A DNA stretch of 58,519 nt from NCBI GenBank assembly GCA_004376105.1, contig SOKA01000065.1:1-58519 (forward strand), given 5' to 3'. The position numbers and the translations under genes were made by a program. Of this stretch, positions 58,393 through 58,519 are shown one piece after another. The DNA is from Dehalococcoidia bacterium. GTDB taxonomy: Bacteria; Chloroflexota; Dehalococcoidia; Dehalococcoidales; E44-bin46. The stretch's first letter is position 1. Every line of letters starts with the position of its first letter. The notes under the pieces are model-generated. The model ran no database searches. It saw only the letters and a program-made list of their open reading frames with translations, and had not been told where the DNA came from.

Positions 58393-58519
58393 TTTGACCA
58401 CCGAGAATATGAAAGATATAATGCCCGTGTAAAAGGGTGGATTAGTAAACAATCTTAAATTGAGGTTGGCTCAGATTGAAGGGGTTAGCCTTGTCTTGGG
58501 CAATAATGAAAAGCAGTAT

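Overview
This 58.5-kb window is gene-dense, with about 60 CDS on alternating strand blocks, and reads mostly as core chromosome. By eye I found no rRNA, tRNA, CRISPR array, transposase or integrase. Gene content suggests a monoderm, Chloroflexota/Dehalococcoidia-like organism: tungsten-type AOR, a QueG/RdhA-superfamily Fe-S protein, a DUF5679 zinc ribbon, inositol-lipid genes and SD-less promoters. That placement is an inference, not a search result.

Gene blocks, left to right:
- mdh, and an aor plus Fe-ADH operon
- purF-purM-purH
- a nicotinamidase::NAPRTase fusion
- tilS / DUF2344 / CNNM
- tsaD
- DUF2851 plus an orphan XRE regulator
- CIRCE-controlled groESL
- M16 peptidase
- lysA-holB-yaaT
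- a long minus-strand run: M20 amidohydrolase, a three-gene dehydratase/activase-like set, trxB, rplI, dnaB, a DnaD-like gene, a tandem DnaC/DnaI-like loader and an HNH gene
- nusA-ylxR-infB-rbfA-truB
- ino1, a pimA-like gene and a PIP-synthase-like gene
- purA
- rpsO-pnp-dapB-asd-dapA
- VOC; DUF503-helicase-lgt; recJ-fabF
- two higher-GC redox-type genes

I see no clear accessory island or defence system. The items most worth a second look are:
1. A helicase-loader gene made of two tandem, roughly 60%-identical AAA+ modules behind a zinc finger, translationally nested with a DnaD-like gene and dnaB and followed by an HNH nuclease.
2. An XRE switch with three TACAC-N6-GTGTA palindromes and two near-identical consensus promoter cassettes, next to DUF2851.
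3. An M20 plus split activase/dehydratase-like operon of unknown substrate.
4. A three-copy, two-hairpin intergenic repeat family.
5. purM apparently starting at ATT.
6. Several promoters placed so that the mRNAs would be leaderless.
7. A PIM-type inositol lipid operon.

All coordinates, alignments and GC counts were done by hand and should be recomputed.
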